Below, in pieces: positions 27,507 through 37,016 of a stretch of DNA of 61,471 nucleotides. The position numbers were made by a program, and so were the translations under genes. The notes under the pieces were generated by a model. It worked only from the letters and a program-made list of their open reading frames with translations, was not told where the DNA came from and ran no database searches. Position 1 is the stretch's first letter. Each line of letters opens with the position of its first letter. Location: NCBI GenBank assembly GCA_050251055.1, contig JBFWNL010000014.1:1-61471 (forward strand), written 5' to 3'. The stretch comes from Bacteriovoracia bacterium (GTDB lineage Bacteria; Bdellovibrionota; UBA1018; JBFWNL01).

Positions 27507-28256
27507 TTACTGGGCCGGCGCCGACTCTGCGGCCGGAGCGCGCGGTTCGACCGAGGTTTCTTCCCCGCCCGTAGCCAAGGAATTTCCGTCGGCTACGTAG
27601 TAGAGGTAAAAACCCGCGTAAATCCGGTTCGGATCCTTAATGAGCTGGCGGTTGTTTTCCCATATTTTACGCCATTGCTTCGGCGTGCCATAAACCTGGT
27701 TTGAGATCGTACCCAGGGTGTCGCCCTGGCGAATCAGGTACTTCTCGCCATTGCGGCTGATCGTGACCGGAGTGGCCGGCTTTTCGATCTGCAATACCGT
27801 CCCCCGCGGAATGGCGTTCGGGTTGGTGATCTTCGCTTGGTTTAAGTGATAGATTTTCTGCCACTGATAGACGTCGCCATAAACTTCAAAGGCGATCTTC
27901 ATGAGCGTATCGCCCGACTGCACCGAATACGTCTCGGAGCCTCCGTCATAGCTAGGCGTGGAAGCGACTTCCGATTCCGAATCTGAGTACGCCGAAGGAT
28001 TTTCCACGGGCGGCGCCTCGGTCACGGGCGGCGGCATATCGGGAATTCGATCTTCGGCCGCAGCAACTTCGGACTCCACCGCTTCCGCGGCATTTTCCAA
28101 CGTCTCTTCGGGAACGGCGTCGGTTCCGGCGTCAGCCACCGGAATTTCGTCTTCAACCGCCGCTTCCAGCTCGTCTTCCGCCTTCTTCGAGGACCCACAT
28201 GCGGTGACGAACGCCAGGAGCGTGGTCATGATGGTTAAACTCAATACCCTTTTCAT
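27507..28256 (-). CDS. lipoprotein with acidic linker and two LysM domains
   Basis: VTAC lipobox; YSVQSGDTLMKIA..YG..W and YLIRQGDTLGTIS..YG..W. Confidence 0.9.
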   Translation of the reverse strand: MKRVLSLTIMTTLLAFVTACGSSKKAEDELEAAVEDEIPVADAGTDAVPEETLENAAEAVESEVAAAEDRIPDMPPPVTEAPPVENPSAYSDSESEVASTPSYDGGSETYSVQSGDTLMKIAFEVYGDVYQWQKIYHLNQAKITNPNAIPRGTVLQIEKPATPVTISRNGEKYLIRQGDTLGTISNQVYGTPKQWRKIWENNRQLIKDPNRIYAGFYLYYVADGNSLATGGEETSVEPRAPAAESAPAQ

Positions 28257-28286
28257 TTACGTTGTCCTCCGGGTAGTTCAGTAATG

Positions 28287-28314
28287 CTATCGGCCAACGA
28301 CGGAAAATTCTTGA
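28287..28314 (-). promoter_or_regulatory. sigma28 (FliA)-type promoter for the LysM lipoprotein
   Basis: Minus strand TCAAG-N15-GCCGATAG, 30 nt upstream of the start. Confidence 0.55.
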
Positions 28315-28541
28315 GGTTAATTCTCCCACCGGGGCCCCCGCACGCCTCCCTATGTGACCATAAGTATTCAATTTTATAATGGTTTGCCTGGCGGGAAAAA
28401 ACTGCCGGGCCGTCATGAATCCGTCAACCCGTGCGGACCCATCCGAAAACAACGCCCACTCGCCGTGGCCGCTAGGCATTTCACGCCGAGCCCACGGCAC
28501 GCTGGACCTTTGCTCAGGAATGAGTCATCTTCCTTATACAT

Positions 28542-29675
28542 ATGACTCAAATCCCCGAAACTGCGAACAAAGGCCTCGAGAACATCATTGCGTGCACGAG
28601 CGAGATCAGCACGATCCACGACGTGACCCTCCTATATCGGGGCTACACGATCGAGGACCTGGCGGCGCATTGCGGCTTCGAGGAAATCATTTACCTGCTT
28701 TGGAACAAAAAGCTCCCGAACGCGACCGAACTCGCGGGCGTAAGAAAGAGCGTCGCCGAGAACATGAACCTTCCTTCGGCGCTCATGCCGACGTTAGAGG
28801 CGATCGCGAAAGCCCCCGGCCACTCGATGTCGAAGCTACGCACGGCGGTTTCTTTTTATGGTTTGCTCGATCCGGGCGCCGAGGACATTTCGGAAAAAGG
28901 CATCAAGAACGCCGCCCTGAAGCTGACCGCCGCCCTGGGCCCGATCACCGCCGCGATCTCGCGTCTGGAGCAAGGCCAGAAACCTATCGCGCCGAAGCCG
29001 GAAAAAAGCCTCGCTTGGAACTTCCTGTACATGATTCGCGGCCAGGAACCGACGGCGGAAGAGGAAAAACTTTTCGACACCGCGCTCGTGCTCCACGCCG
29101 ATCACGAACTCAATGCCTCCACATTCACCGCGCGCGTGGTCGCGTCCACCACGAGCGATTACTACAGCGACATCGTCGGCGCGCTCTGCTCGCTCAAGGG
29201 TCCGCTCCACGGCGGGGCCAATGAAGCCGTGATGATCATGCTCAAGGAAATCGGCAGCTACGCGAAGATCGACGCGTTCATCGCCGACGCCGTCGACAAC
29301 AAGAAGAAAGTCATGGGCATCGGCCATCGCGTTTATAAAAACGGGGACCCGCGCGCCAAAATCCTCAAAGAAATGTCCTTACAGATCTGCAAAAAGGCCG
29401 GCCTCGAAGAACAGCATAAGATGCTCGTCCGCATCCAAGAGCTGATGGAAGAGAAAAAAGGCCTCATGCCGAACGTCGATTTCTACAGCGGCCTGGTCTA
29501 TACCGCGCTCGGCATCCGTCCGCGCGACTTCACGCCGATCTTTGCCGTGAGCCGCATCGTGGGCTGGACCGCGCAGGTGATCGAGCAGTACGCGAATAAC
29601 CGCATCTACCGCCCGCGCGCGTTTTACACCGGCAGCACGACCGAGAAGGTCGCGCCCGTCAATCAACGTAAATAG
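28542..29675 (+). CDS. citrate synthase / 2-methylcitrate synthase (dimeric type)
   Basis: LLYRGY, HADHELNASTFTAR, LKGPLHGGANE, MGIGHRVYK, PNVDFYSG. Confidence 0.95.
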   Translation: MTQIPETANKGLENIIACTSEISTIHDVTLLYRGYTIEDLAAHCGFEEIIYLLWNKKLPNATELAGVRKSVAENMNLPSALMPTLEAIAKAPGHSMSKLRTAVSFYGLLDPGAEDISEKGIKNAALKLTAALGPITAAISRLEQGQKPIAPKPEKSLAWNFLYMIRGQEPTAEEEKLFDTALVLHADHELNASTFTARVVASTTSDYYSDIVGALCSLKGPLHGGANEAVMIMLKEIGSYAKIDAFIADAVDNKKKVMGIGHRVYKNGDPRAKILKEMSLQICKKAGLEEQHKMLVRIQELMEEKKGLMPNVDFYSGLVYTALGIRPRDFTPIFAVSRIVGWTAQVIEQYANNRIYRPRAFYTGSTTEKVAPVNQRK

Positions 29676-29702
29676 GCCGCGTAAACACGCGACGGCCGGA
29701 AT

Positions 29703-30818
29703 TTACACGGATTTCTGCGTTTTCAGAATTTCGATCTTCGTTTCGATGTCGCGCAGGAGCGCTTCCGTCCGTTGCTTGAGCTTCGCCGCGTCCTGGGCCG
29801 GCAAACCTAAATCCGTTTCAAACATCGCCGCCGGCAGATTCTGGTACTCGCCCAAACGGCTCAGTACCACTTGAAGGTCGGCGCGCGCCGCCCAAAGCGC
29901 GTCGGGCTTGACCGTCGCCGACGATCCTACGCGCAGCTCGGCGCTCTTCACCAGCGACTGCAGATGTAATGGCTGATCCTTGGCGTCTTTTTTCAGCATC
30001 TCCAGCGCGAAGGCCGTGTTTCCATCGGCGGCCAGCGCCTCGGCATACCAGATCGGCGCGAGCTCCGAACGGGGTAATCCCGTTTGCGCAAACTGTAGAT
30101 GGGCGATAGCCGCTTCGAGCTCGCCCCGCCGGAAATGCGCGCGCCCCAACCAAAGGCGAATCTCCGGTTCCTCCGGGTTCAAGCGGCCCGCGTTTTTGAG
30201 GTACTCGATGGCGCTGTCGACGGAACCTTCCATCATGCTCGCCTGGGCCATCCGGGTCAGGATGCGAACGTTGTCGGGCTCTTTCCGTAACGCCTGGGTA
30301 AACAGCCGCTCTGCGTCCCGGGATTTCTCCGCCAAAAGGAACGTCAATCCGTCCTGATAGATCTGAAAAGTTTCGTTGGTCAGAAAAAAACCCGCCAAGA
30401 CGCGGGCACGGCGTCCCAGGGTTACCCTGGCCGTCCGAGCCGCGGTACGGGCGGCGTTCTGGATCGCGGTCACGGCCTCTTCCCGACGATTCAGGTAGGT
30501 CAGGGCCCGGGCTAAATCAAGGACCCGCGGTAAATCCCGCGGATTCTCCTTCAAAACGCCTTGAAGCGCGATCACCGCTTCGGCCCACTTCTTTTCATCC
30601 AGCAGGCGCGTAATCTCCGAAGGGCGGCCTCGCACCACATCTTGAGGAATCGGCGCTGGCCACTTTTCAGTTTCGGCGCTCGCGGACCCGGCCCCAATTG
30701 CCACGAGAGAAAACACCGTCACAATGAGCGGCAGGCGGCAGGGGCGGCGTAAAATCCGACGTGTCTGCTCGACATCGCTTTGAAACAGGGATAAAATCTT
30801 TCCGCGATGCAAAATCAT
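29703..30818 (-). CDS. exported tetratricopeptide repeat protein
   Basis: Signal-like ASA|E segment; multiple TPR units (LGRAHFRRGELEAAI); true start probably downstream of 30818. Confidence 0.75.
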   Translation of the reverse strand: MILHRGKILSLFQSDVEQTRRILRRPCRLPLIVTVFSLVAIGAGSASAETEKWPAPIPQDVVRGRPSEITRLLDEKKWAEAVIALQGVLKENPRDLPRVLDLARALTYLNRREEAVTAIQNAARTAARTARVTLGRRARVLAGFFLTNETFQIYQDGLTFLLAEKSRDAERLFTQALRKEPDNVRILTRMAQASMMEGSVDSAIEYLKNAGRLNPEEPEIRLWLGRAHFRRGELEAAIAHLQFAQTGLPRSELAPIWYAEALAADGNTAFALEMLKKDAKDQPLHLQSLVKSAELRVGSSATVKPDALWAARADLQVVLSRLGEYQNLPAAMFETDLGLPAQDAAKLKQRTEALLRDIETKIEILKTQKSV

Positions 30819-30857
30819 CGTCCTGAATTAAATCGAAAGAAATTCGGATGTCAAACG

Positions 30858-32138
30858 ATGACTTTGCTCGCCTATCGGGTGGCTTGCCTGGGGATCTGGG
30901 TGGCCATTAGCGTCGTAGGCGCTAACAGCCTGGCCGAGGACGACTTCCCTCCGCCAGAAGATTCCGTTGAGGCCTCCGACCCGGATTTCGACGCCTCGCC
31001 ACCGGAAGCTTCCCCCCTACCCGAATCGGACTCCACTTTGGACAGCTCGGGAGAGAGTTCGAGCGCTTCGGGGCTGCCGCCGATCGAGGCTCGCACCTAT
31101 AACGTAAAAATTTCGCGCCTCAGCACCTCTAAGCGCGTCTACCTTTTCGACGATCTAGACGATGCGAAAGCTCGCGTCGGCCGCATCTTGCTCCTAAAAA
31201 ACGGCGAGGAGCAGATCATGGCTTTTCGCCTACTGAAGAACTACTACGACCGCAAGCAGTTCGCCGGCAGCAAGGTACGCGTGTACAACCAACGCGAGCA
31301 CCTGGAGATCGGAGACTCGTACCTGGGCCTCGAAAAAGTGGCCGACCTCGGCATCCCCAAGCGAACGGCGCACGAACGGCGCATGGATGAGCGGGACCTC
31401 AAAGACCTCGAAACCCAGATGGGCATGGGCGACGCGCTCTCCGGCCGGGAAGGACGCAAAAAGAAAAAGGGCGCGGGCGGCGCCGGCGGAGAGGATGACG
31501 ACCTAGGCGAAGGCGACCCCGACCTGGATGGCGCCGGCGGAGCTCCGTTTAACGCCGAAGAAATCGAAAAGAGCGAATCGGAAGAAGAAGACGCTCTCGC
31601 GCGCATCACCGTCGATGAAGTCAAACCCCTGGACGTCGATAAAACCTGGCTCTCCGGCATGGGCGGGCTCGTGAACAACGCGGGCGACTTCTACATGGGT
31701 TTCGGCTTGAAGTACGGTACGACGCTGAAGCACATGCTCGCGATGAAGCGCAAAAACAAACAAGATTCATTGGTACTGGAAGGCAGCGTCTACCTTTATA
31801 AGGTAATTCTTCCCAACGTGGGCGCTGACAACGAACCCACGGGCACGAACGCTTCCTTCACCGTCCTGCCGATCGTAGCGACGATTCGGTACAATATCTT
31901 TTATGCGGGCGGTTTCGGATTTTTCGTTTACGGCGGATTCGGAAAAAACCTGGTACTGACGTCCACGAACGATACGGAAGATATCGATGAAAGTGGCACG
32001 GGCGACGGCACCGAGCGGCTAAGTGGGTTCGTACCTGCCTTCGGCGGGGGCGCCTTCGTCCAGGTCGGTCCACGCTGGCAAGTGCGCCTGGACATCGGCT
32101 ACGACTTCGTGGGCGCCGGCATCGTGTTGAGATATTGA
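30858..32138 (+). CDS. exported protein with acidic linkers and probable C-terminal outer-membrane beta-barrel
   Basis: Signal peptide; amphipathic strands; terminal GAGIVLRY beta-signal; start uncertain (30807 or 30858). Confidence 0.65.
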   Translation: MTLLAYRVACLGIWVAISVVGANSLAEDDFPPPEDSVEASDPDFDASPPEASPLPESDSTLDSSGESSSASGLPPIEARTYNVKISRLSTSKRVYLFDDLDDAKARVGRILLLKNGEEQIMAFRLLKNYYDRKQFAGSKVRVYNQREHLEIGDSYLGLEKVADLGIPKRTAHERRMDERDLKDLETQMGMGDALSGREGRKKKKGAGGAGGEDDDLGEGDPDLDGAGGAPFNAEEIEKSESEEEDALARITVDEVKPLDVDKTWLSGMGGLVNNAGDFYMGFGLKYGTTLKHMLAMKRKNKQDSLVLEGSVYLYKVILPNVGADNEPTGTNASFTVLPIVATIRYNIFYAGGFGFFVYGGFGKNLVLTSTNDTEDIDESGTGDGTERLSGFVPAFGGGAFVQVGPRWQVRLDIGYDFVGAGIVLRY

Positions 32139-32140
32139 AT

Positions 32141-32329
32141 ATGAAAAAATTAGCGTTGGTAAGTTTGTTCCTGGCATTTTCCGCGTGCGGAGTGAAGGGT
32201 GACCCCCTGCCCCCACTCGATGAACCACCGCCGCCCTCGCCTAGCCCGACGGTAAGCCCGTCGCCATCGGCGACGCCCACCCCCACGGCCACCGCGAAAA
32301 CCACGACGAAAAAGAAAAAGACGCGCTAG
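32141..32329 (+). CDS. small LptM/YifL-like lipoprotein
   Basis: FSACGVKGDPLPP (CGxKGxxxxP) directly upstream of lysA. Confidence 0.75.
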   Translation: MKKLALVSLFLAFSACGVKGDPLPPLDEPPPPSPSPTVSPSPSATPTPTATAKTTTKKKKTR

Positions 32330-32333
32330 CGCT

Positions 32334-33617
32334 ATGTCAAAGCCGCTCGACTACTTCACTTACCAAGCTCAGAATCTCACCACGTCCGGAGCCGACCTTA
32401 GCCAAATCGCCGAAGAGTACGGAACTCCCGCGTATGTTTACTCGGAAGCGGGGTTGCTCGAGCCCGTGCGTGGACTCACCCAAGGACTTACGGGCTGGGA
32501 TCCGTTGATCTGCTACGCGGTCAAATCGAGCTCGAACGTGACCTTGCTCCGGCGTTTGGCCGAAGCCGGAGCCGGCATGGACATCGTATCGGGAGGCGAA
32601 CTTTATCGCTGCGGGAAGGCCGGGGTGCCGGGTCGCAAGATCGTGTTTTCAGGAGTGGGCAAGACGCGCACCGAGATCGCCGAAGCCCTGCAGTTCGGGC
32701 CCAACGGGATTTACTCGTTCCACGTGGAATCCGGCCCTGAGCTCGAGGCCATCGGTGAAGTCGCCCACGCCATGGGGAAGCGCGCGCCGATCGCGTTTCG
32801 TTACAATCCCAATATCGCGATCAAAAGTCACCCTTACATTTCCACGGGCCTGCGCAAAGACAAGTTTGGGCTACCCGAGAAGGAGTTGCTTGCCCTCGTG
32901 GAAAAATTCCGGGATCACCCCGGCTTGTACTTCAAGGGCGTGAGTATCCATATCGGCAGTCAGATCCTCACCCTCGCGCCTTTAAGAGATGCGTTTGCTC
33001 GTACGATCGATCTCGTCGCGAAGCTCGACGCGCGCCTCCCCGAACCGGTCACCTACGTGGATGTAGGCGGGGGCTTAGGCATCACTTACAAAAACGAAAA
33101 GCATCCAAAAATTTCGGAGTACTGCGCGCTCATCAAGAAAAGCTTCGGAAAATTGCGTAAGTCGCGAAACCTACAGATCGTGATGGAGCCTGGCCGTTTG
33201 ATTTCGGGAAATGCCGGCCTCCTGCTTTCGCGCGTGCTTTATCGCAAGCCGGGGCACGGAAAAGATTTCCTTATCGTCGATGCCGCCATGAACGATCTCA
33301 TCCGGCCCTCGCTGTACGAAAGCCATCACGAGATCGTACCCGTGCGGAAAAAACCGGGGACAAAGCAGACGACGTTCGATGTGGTGGGCCCCGTCTGTGA
33401 AAGTGGCGATTTCATTGCGCAGAACCGTAAACTTCCCGATTCGCTCCAAGCCGGGGATCTCGTCGCGATCCTCTCGGCGGGTGCCTATGGATTCTCGATG
33501 GCGAGTAACTACAACAGCCGCCCCCGAGCCTGCGAAGTCCTGATCGCCGATACCGGTCGACCGCAGCTCATCCGCCGCCGAGAAACCTACGACGAGCTGA
33601 TCGCTCCCGAACTCTGA
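32334..33617 (+). CDS. lysA: diaminopimelate decarboxylase
   Basis: YGTPAYVYS, YAVKS, DIVSGGE, HIGSQI, EPGR, GPVCESGD, GAYGFSMASNYN. Confidence 0.97.
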   Translation: MSKPLDYFTYQAQNLTTSGADLSQIAEEYGTPAYVYSEAGLLEPVRGLTQGLTGWDPLICYAVKSSSNVTLLRRLAEAGAGMDIVSGGELYRCGKAGVPGRKIVFSGVGKTRTEIAEALQFGPNGIYSFHVESGPELEAIGEVAHAMGKRAPIAFRYNPNIAIKSHPYISTGLRKDKFGLPEKELLALVEKFRDHPGLYFKGVSIHIGSQILTLAPLRDAFARTIDLVAKLDARLPEPVTYVDVGGGLGITYKNEKHPKISEYCALIKKSFGKLRKSRNLQIVMEPGRLISGNAGLLLSRVLYRKPGHGKDFLIVDAAMNDLIRPSLYESHHEIVPVRKKPGTKQTTFDVVGPVCESGDFIAQNRKLPDSLQAGDLVAILSAGAYGFSMASNYNSRPRACEVLIADTGRPQLIRRRETYDELIAPEL

Positions 33618-33706
33618 AATCGGCCTCTTCGTGATAACAAAGTAAATATTTTCAATAACTTAGATTGCATTTGGGCGTTCTCCGTTCCTCTGTTAAAAAG
33701 GTACCC

Positions 33707-34639
33707 ATGAAAAAGTTTGAAGGCATTTGGACCGCGCTGGTCACCCCCTTTAATGACCGGGGTCAAATCGATTGGGACGCCTATGCGAAGAGTCTGAAGC
33801 TACAAGCCGAGGGTGGGGTGAACGGCGTCATTCCCTGCGGCACGACCGGCGAATCGCCGACGCTCTCCGCGGAAGAAAAACAAAAGCTCATCACGACGAC
33901 GCTGGAAGTCTTAAAGGGCACGCCCATCCAAGTCGCCGCCGGCACCGGCTCGAACGACACGCAAGAAACCATCGAGTTCTCCCAGTGGGCCTCGAAGCTC
34001 TCCGTCGGCGGGCAGAAGCTCGCGGGCTTGCTCGTCGTCACTCCTTACTACAATAAACCTTCGGCCGCCGGGCTCGAGCGGCATTTTACGGCGGTCGCCG
34101 ACGCGGTCGATTGCCCGATTATCCTTTATAATGTTCCCGGTCGCGCGGGGATCAGCATGACCGGCGAGACCATCGCAAAGCTCGCGCGACACCCAAAGAT
34201 CCCCGCGTTGAAGGAAGCCACCGGCAACGTGTCGTTTACGAGCGAAGTGATTGATCACCTCGGCGAGCTGGCGAAGAATTTTTCGATTTTGTCGGGCGAC
34301 GATGTCACGTTTCTCCCGCTTTTAAGCGTCGGCGCCACGGGTGTGATCTCGGTGGCGAGCAATCTCTTTCCCAAGGAAATGGTCGCGCTGTACCACGCGG
34401 CCCAAAAGCACGACTACCCCCGAGCCGCCCAGATCCACCAAGCGCTTTATCCCGTGTTCCGTGACTTCTTCGTGGAATCCAATCCCGTGCCCGTAAAATT
34501 CGCGATGGCTAAGACCGGGATTTGCGGCCCTTACGTGCGCGCGCCGCTCGCCCCCCTTACCTCGGCCAGCGAACAAAAAGTGCTCGCAGCCGTCAAAAAA
34601 GCGCAGGCCGCGCTCGCCGCCGCGGGGGGTACAAAGTGA
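33707..34639 (+). CDS. dapA: 4-hydroxy-tetrahydrodipicolinate synthase
   Basis: ALVTPF, GTTGESPTL, PYYNKP, LYNVPGR, KEATG, SGDD, ESNPVPVK. Confidence 0.97.
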   Translation: MKKFEGIWTALVTPFNDRGQIDWDAYAKSLKLQAEGGVNGVIPCGTTGESPTLSAEEKQKLITTTLEVLKGTPIQVAAGTGSNDTQETIEFSQWASKLSVGGQKLAGLLVVTPYYNKPSAAGLERHFTAVADAVDCPIILYNVPGRAGISMTGETIAKLARHPKIPALKEATGNVSFTSEVIDHLGELAKNFSILSGDDVTFLPLLSVGATGVISVASNLFPKEMVALYHAAQKHDYPRAAQIHQALYPVFRDFFVESNPVPVKFAMAKTGICGPYVRAPLAPLTSASEQKVLAAVKKAQAALAAAGGTK

Positions 34640-35352
34640 TTCGCGTCGGTTTACTCGGGGCCCACGGCCGAATGGGGAGAATTCTCCAGCAACTCTTGAA
34701 AGACGAATTCGCCGATAAGACGCAAGTCGCCGCCTTGATCGGCAACGGTCAACCGATGGCGCCACTCCTGGATTGCGACGTCGTCATCGACTTCACCCTC
34801 ACTCCCGCTTCGTGCGCGTTCGCGAAAACCCTCACGGACGCGAACCGCCCGCAGCTCCCGGCATGGGTGATCGGCACCACGGGATTTAGCTACGACGAAA
34901 AGAAACTTCTCGAGGAAGCCGCCAAGAAGACACCCACGATCCTAGCCGCGAATTATTCCACCGGGGTGCTCGCGCTTTACTCCATCTTAAAACACGCCGC
35001 CCCCCTACTCGACAAACTGGGGTACAAACCCGTTATCGTGGAAGCGCATCACCAACACAAGAAAGACGCGCCGAGTGGTACGGCGGTGTCGATGCAACGG
35101 GTGATTTCACCCGCCGGCCCCGGCAACGTGCAGACCCACAGCATCCGCGCCGGCGAAGTCATCGGCGACCATGCGGCCCACTTTTACGGCAAGGCCGATG
35201 AAATCGTCATCTCCCACGCCGCGCAAGACCGCACGATCTTCGCCCGCGGCGCGATCGAAGCCGCGCTTTGGGTGGCAGGCAAGCGCGGGCAGGGTGGTGG
35301 CGCGCTCCTGACCGGAGATGCGTTTTTTGCGGATCGCTTCGGCGCGAAGTAG
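34636..35352 (+). CDS. dapB: 4-hydroxy-tetrahydrodipicolinate reductase
   Basis: GAHGRMG, VIDFT, IGTTG, EAHHQHKKDAPSGTA, FARGA; GTGA overlap with dapA. Confidence 0.96.
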   Translation: MIRVGLLGAHGRMGRILQQLLKDEFADKTQVAALIGNGQPMAPLLDCDVVIDFTLTPASCAFAKTLTDANRPQLPAWVIGTTGFSYDEKKLLEEAAKKTPTILAANYSTGVLALYSILKHAAPLLDKLGYKPVIVEAHHQHKKDAPSGTAVSMQRVISPAGPGNVQTHSIRAGEVIGDHAAHFYGKADEIVISHAAQDRTIFARGAIEAALWVAGKRGQGGGALLTGDAFFADRFGAK

Positions 35353-35387
35353 CGCTTTTTCGTTTCGTGTTTACTAAGGAGAATCTC

Positions 35388-36212
35388 ATGTCCGACTTGC
35401 GTAAAGTGATTGAAAGCGCCTTTGACGGAAAAACCGATGTGAAGTCACCCGAAGTGGCCAAGGCCATCGACGAGGTGATCCAGTCGCTCGACCAGGGCCG
35501 TCTACGCGTGGCCACGCCGCCCCCGGCGGGCGAGACGGCGTGGGAAACCCAAACGTGGGTAAAGCAGGCGATCCTTTTGTACTTCCGCACCCATGGGAAC
35601 ACCGTGCTGCACGCAGGTGATTTTTCCTTCTTTGATAAAGTCCCAGTCAAACATTGGGCGGGTAGCGAAGGCGTGCGCGTCGTGCCCCCGGCGTTCGTTC
35701 GGCAAGGCGCGTTTGTTGCTCCCAGGGTAATCCTCATGCCGAGCTACACGAATATCGGAGCCTATGTCGATGAAGGCACCATGGTGGACACCTGGGCCAC
35801 GGTGGGATCCTGCGCCCAGATCGGAAAGAATGTCCATCTTTCCGGAGGGGTAGGGATTGGTGGCGTGCTCGAACCGCTACAGGCGAGTCCCGTCATTATA
35901 GAGGATAACGTTTTTGTCGGAAGTCGCTGCATTGTCGTCGAAGGCGTCCACGTTCAGGCGGGCGCCGTGCTCGGCGCCGGTGTAGTCCTGACCGCGAGCA
36001 CGAAGATTTTGGACGTGACCGGCTCGGCGCCGAAATCCTACCAAGGATTCGTACCGAAGAACTCGGTCGTGATCCCCGGCACCACGGAAAAAGAGTTTCC
36101 TGCCGGAAAATTCCAGGTCCCCTGCGCTCTCATCATCGGACAACGAAGTGAAAAAACGGACAAAAAGACTTCCCTGAACCAGGTGCTCCGGGACTTTCAT
36201 GTTCCAGTATAA
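35388..36212 (+). CDS. dapD: tetrahydrodipicolinate N-succinyltransferase
   Basis: WVKQAILLYF, DKVP, MVDTWATVGSCAQIGKNVHLSGGVGIGGVLEP; AAGGAG RBS. Confidence 0.96.
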   Translation: MSDLRKVIESAFDGKTDVKSPEVAKAIDEVIQSLDQGRLRVATPPPAGETAWETQTWVKQAILLYFRTHGNTVLHAGDFSFFDKVPVKHWAGSEGVRVVPPAFVRQGAFVAPRVILMPSYTNIGAYVDEGTMVDTWATVGSCAQIGKNVHLSGGVGIGGVLEPLQASPVIIEDNVFVGSRCIVVEGVHVQAGAVLGAGVVLTASTKILDVTGSAPKSYQGFVPKNSVVIPGTTEKEFPAGKFQVPCALIIGQRSEKTDKKTSLNQVLRDFHVPV

Positions 36213-36239
36213 AAAACTCCGTGTTATCCAAAGCGAACT

Positions 36240-37013
36240 ATGAATATTTGTGTTTGCGTAAAGCAGGTTCCGGACACCGAAACCAAGGTGAAGATTAACG
36301 CCGATAAGAGTTGGATCGACACCACGGGCATCAAGTGGATCATGTCCCCTTACGATGAATTCGCGGTCGAAGAAGCGCTGCGTTTGAAAGAAAAAAACGC
36401 GGGCAGCACCGTCACCGTTGTCTCCGCCGGCCCCGCCCGCGTGGTCGAAACCATTCGCACCGCGCTCGCGATGGGCGCCGACAAGGGTGTGCACGTGGAA
36501 CTGCCCGAAACCGCCGATAACTTCATGGCCGCGAAAGCCTTGGCGGGTGCGATCAAAAAAGAAGGCCAGGCCCACATCGTGTTCTCGGGTAAGGAAGCCA
36601 TCGATGATGGCGCCGCCCAGACGACCCAGCTCCTGGGCGCTTTCTTGGAAATGCCGGTCGTGACCGTGGTTTTAAACGCCGAGTACGGCGCGAGCAGCGT
36701 GAAATGCAAACGCGAAGTGGAAGGCGGCACGCTCGAAGTCGTGGAAACTCAGCTGCCCGCGATCATTGCGCCCCAGAAGGGCATGAACGAGCCCCGTTAC
36801 GCTAGCCTGCCGAACATCATGAAGGCCAAGAAGAAGGAAGTCACGGCTTACAAAATGGCGGACGTGGGGGTTTCCGACGCCGACCAGAAGATCCGTTATA
36901 AGAATTTCGACCTCCCGCCAGGCAAGCAGGCGGGCAAAAAGCTCACGGGCGACGTGGCCCAACAAGCGAAAGACCTCGTGCGCATGCTGCACGAAGAAGC
37001 GAAGGTGGTTTAA
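36240..37013 (+). CDS. etfB: electron transfer flavoprotein beta subunit
   Basis: CVKQVPD, DEFAVEEALRLKE, ALAMGAD, NEPRYASLPNIMKAKKK. Confidence 0.96.
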   Translation: MNICVCVKQVPDTETKVKINADKSWIDTTGIKWIMSPYDEFAVEEALRLKEKNAGSTVTVVSAGPARVVETIRTALAMGADKGVHVELPETADNFMAAKALAGAIKKEGQAHIVFSGKEAIDDGAAQTTQLLGAFLEMPVVTVVLNAEYGASSVKCKREVEGGTLEVVETQLPAIIAPQKGMNEPRYASLPNIMKAKKKEVTAYKMADVGVSDADQKIRYKNFDLPPGKQAGKKLTGDVAQQAKDLVRMLHEEAKVV

Positions 37014-37016
37014 GTC

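Noticed and set aside
28379-29224. 281-aa alternative-frame ORF over citrate synthase
   Set aside because: Arg/Pro-rich off-frame translation of a GC-rich gene.
33650-33662. TTCAATAACTT(A/G) also at about 22610, IHF-like
   Set aside because: Common imperfect IHF-type motif; no specific function can be supported.
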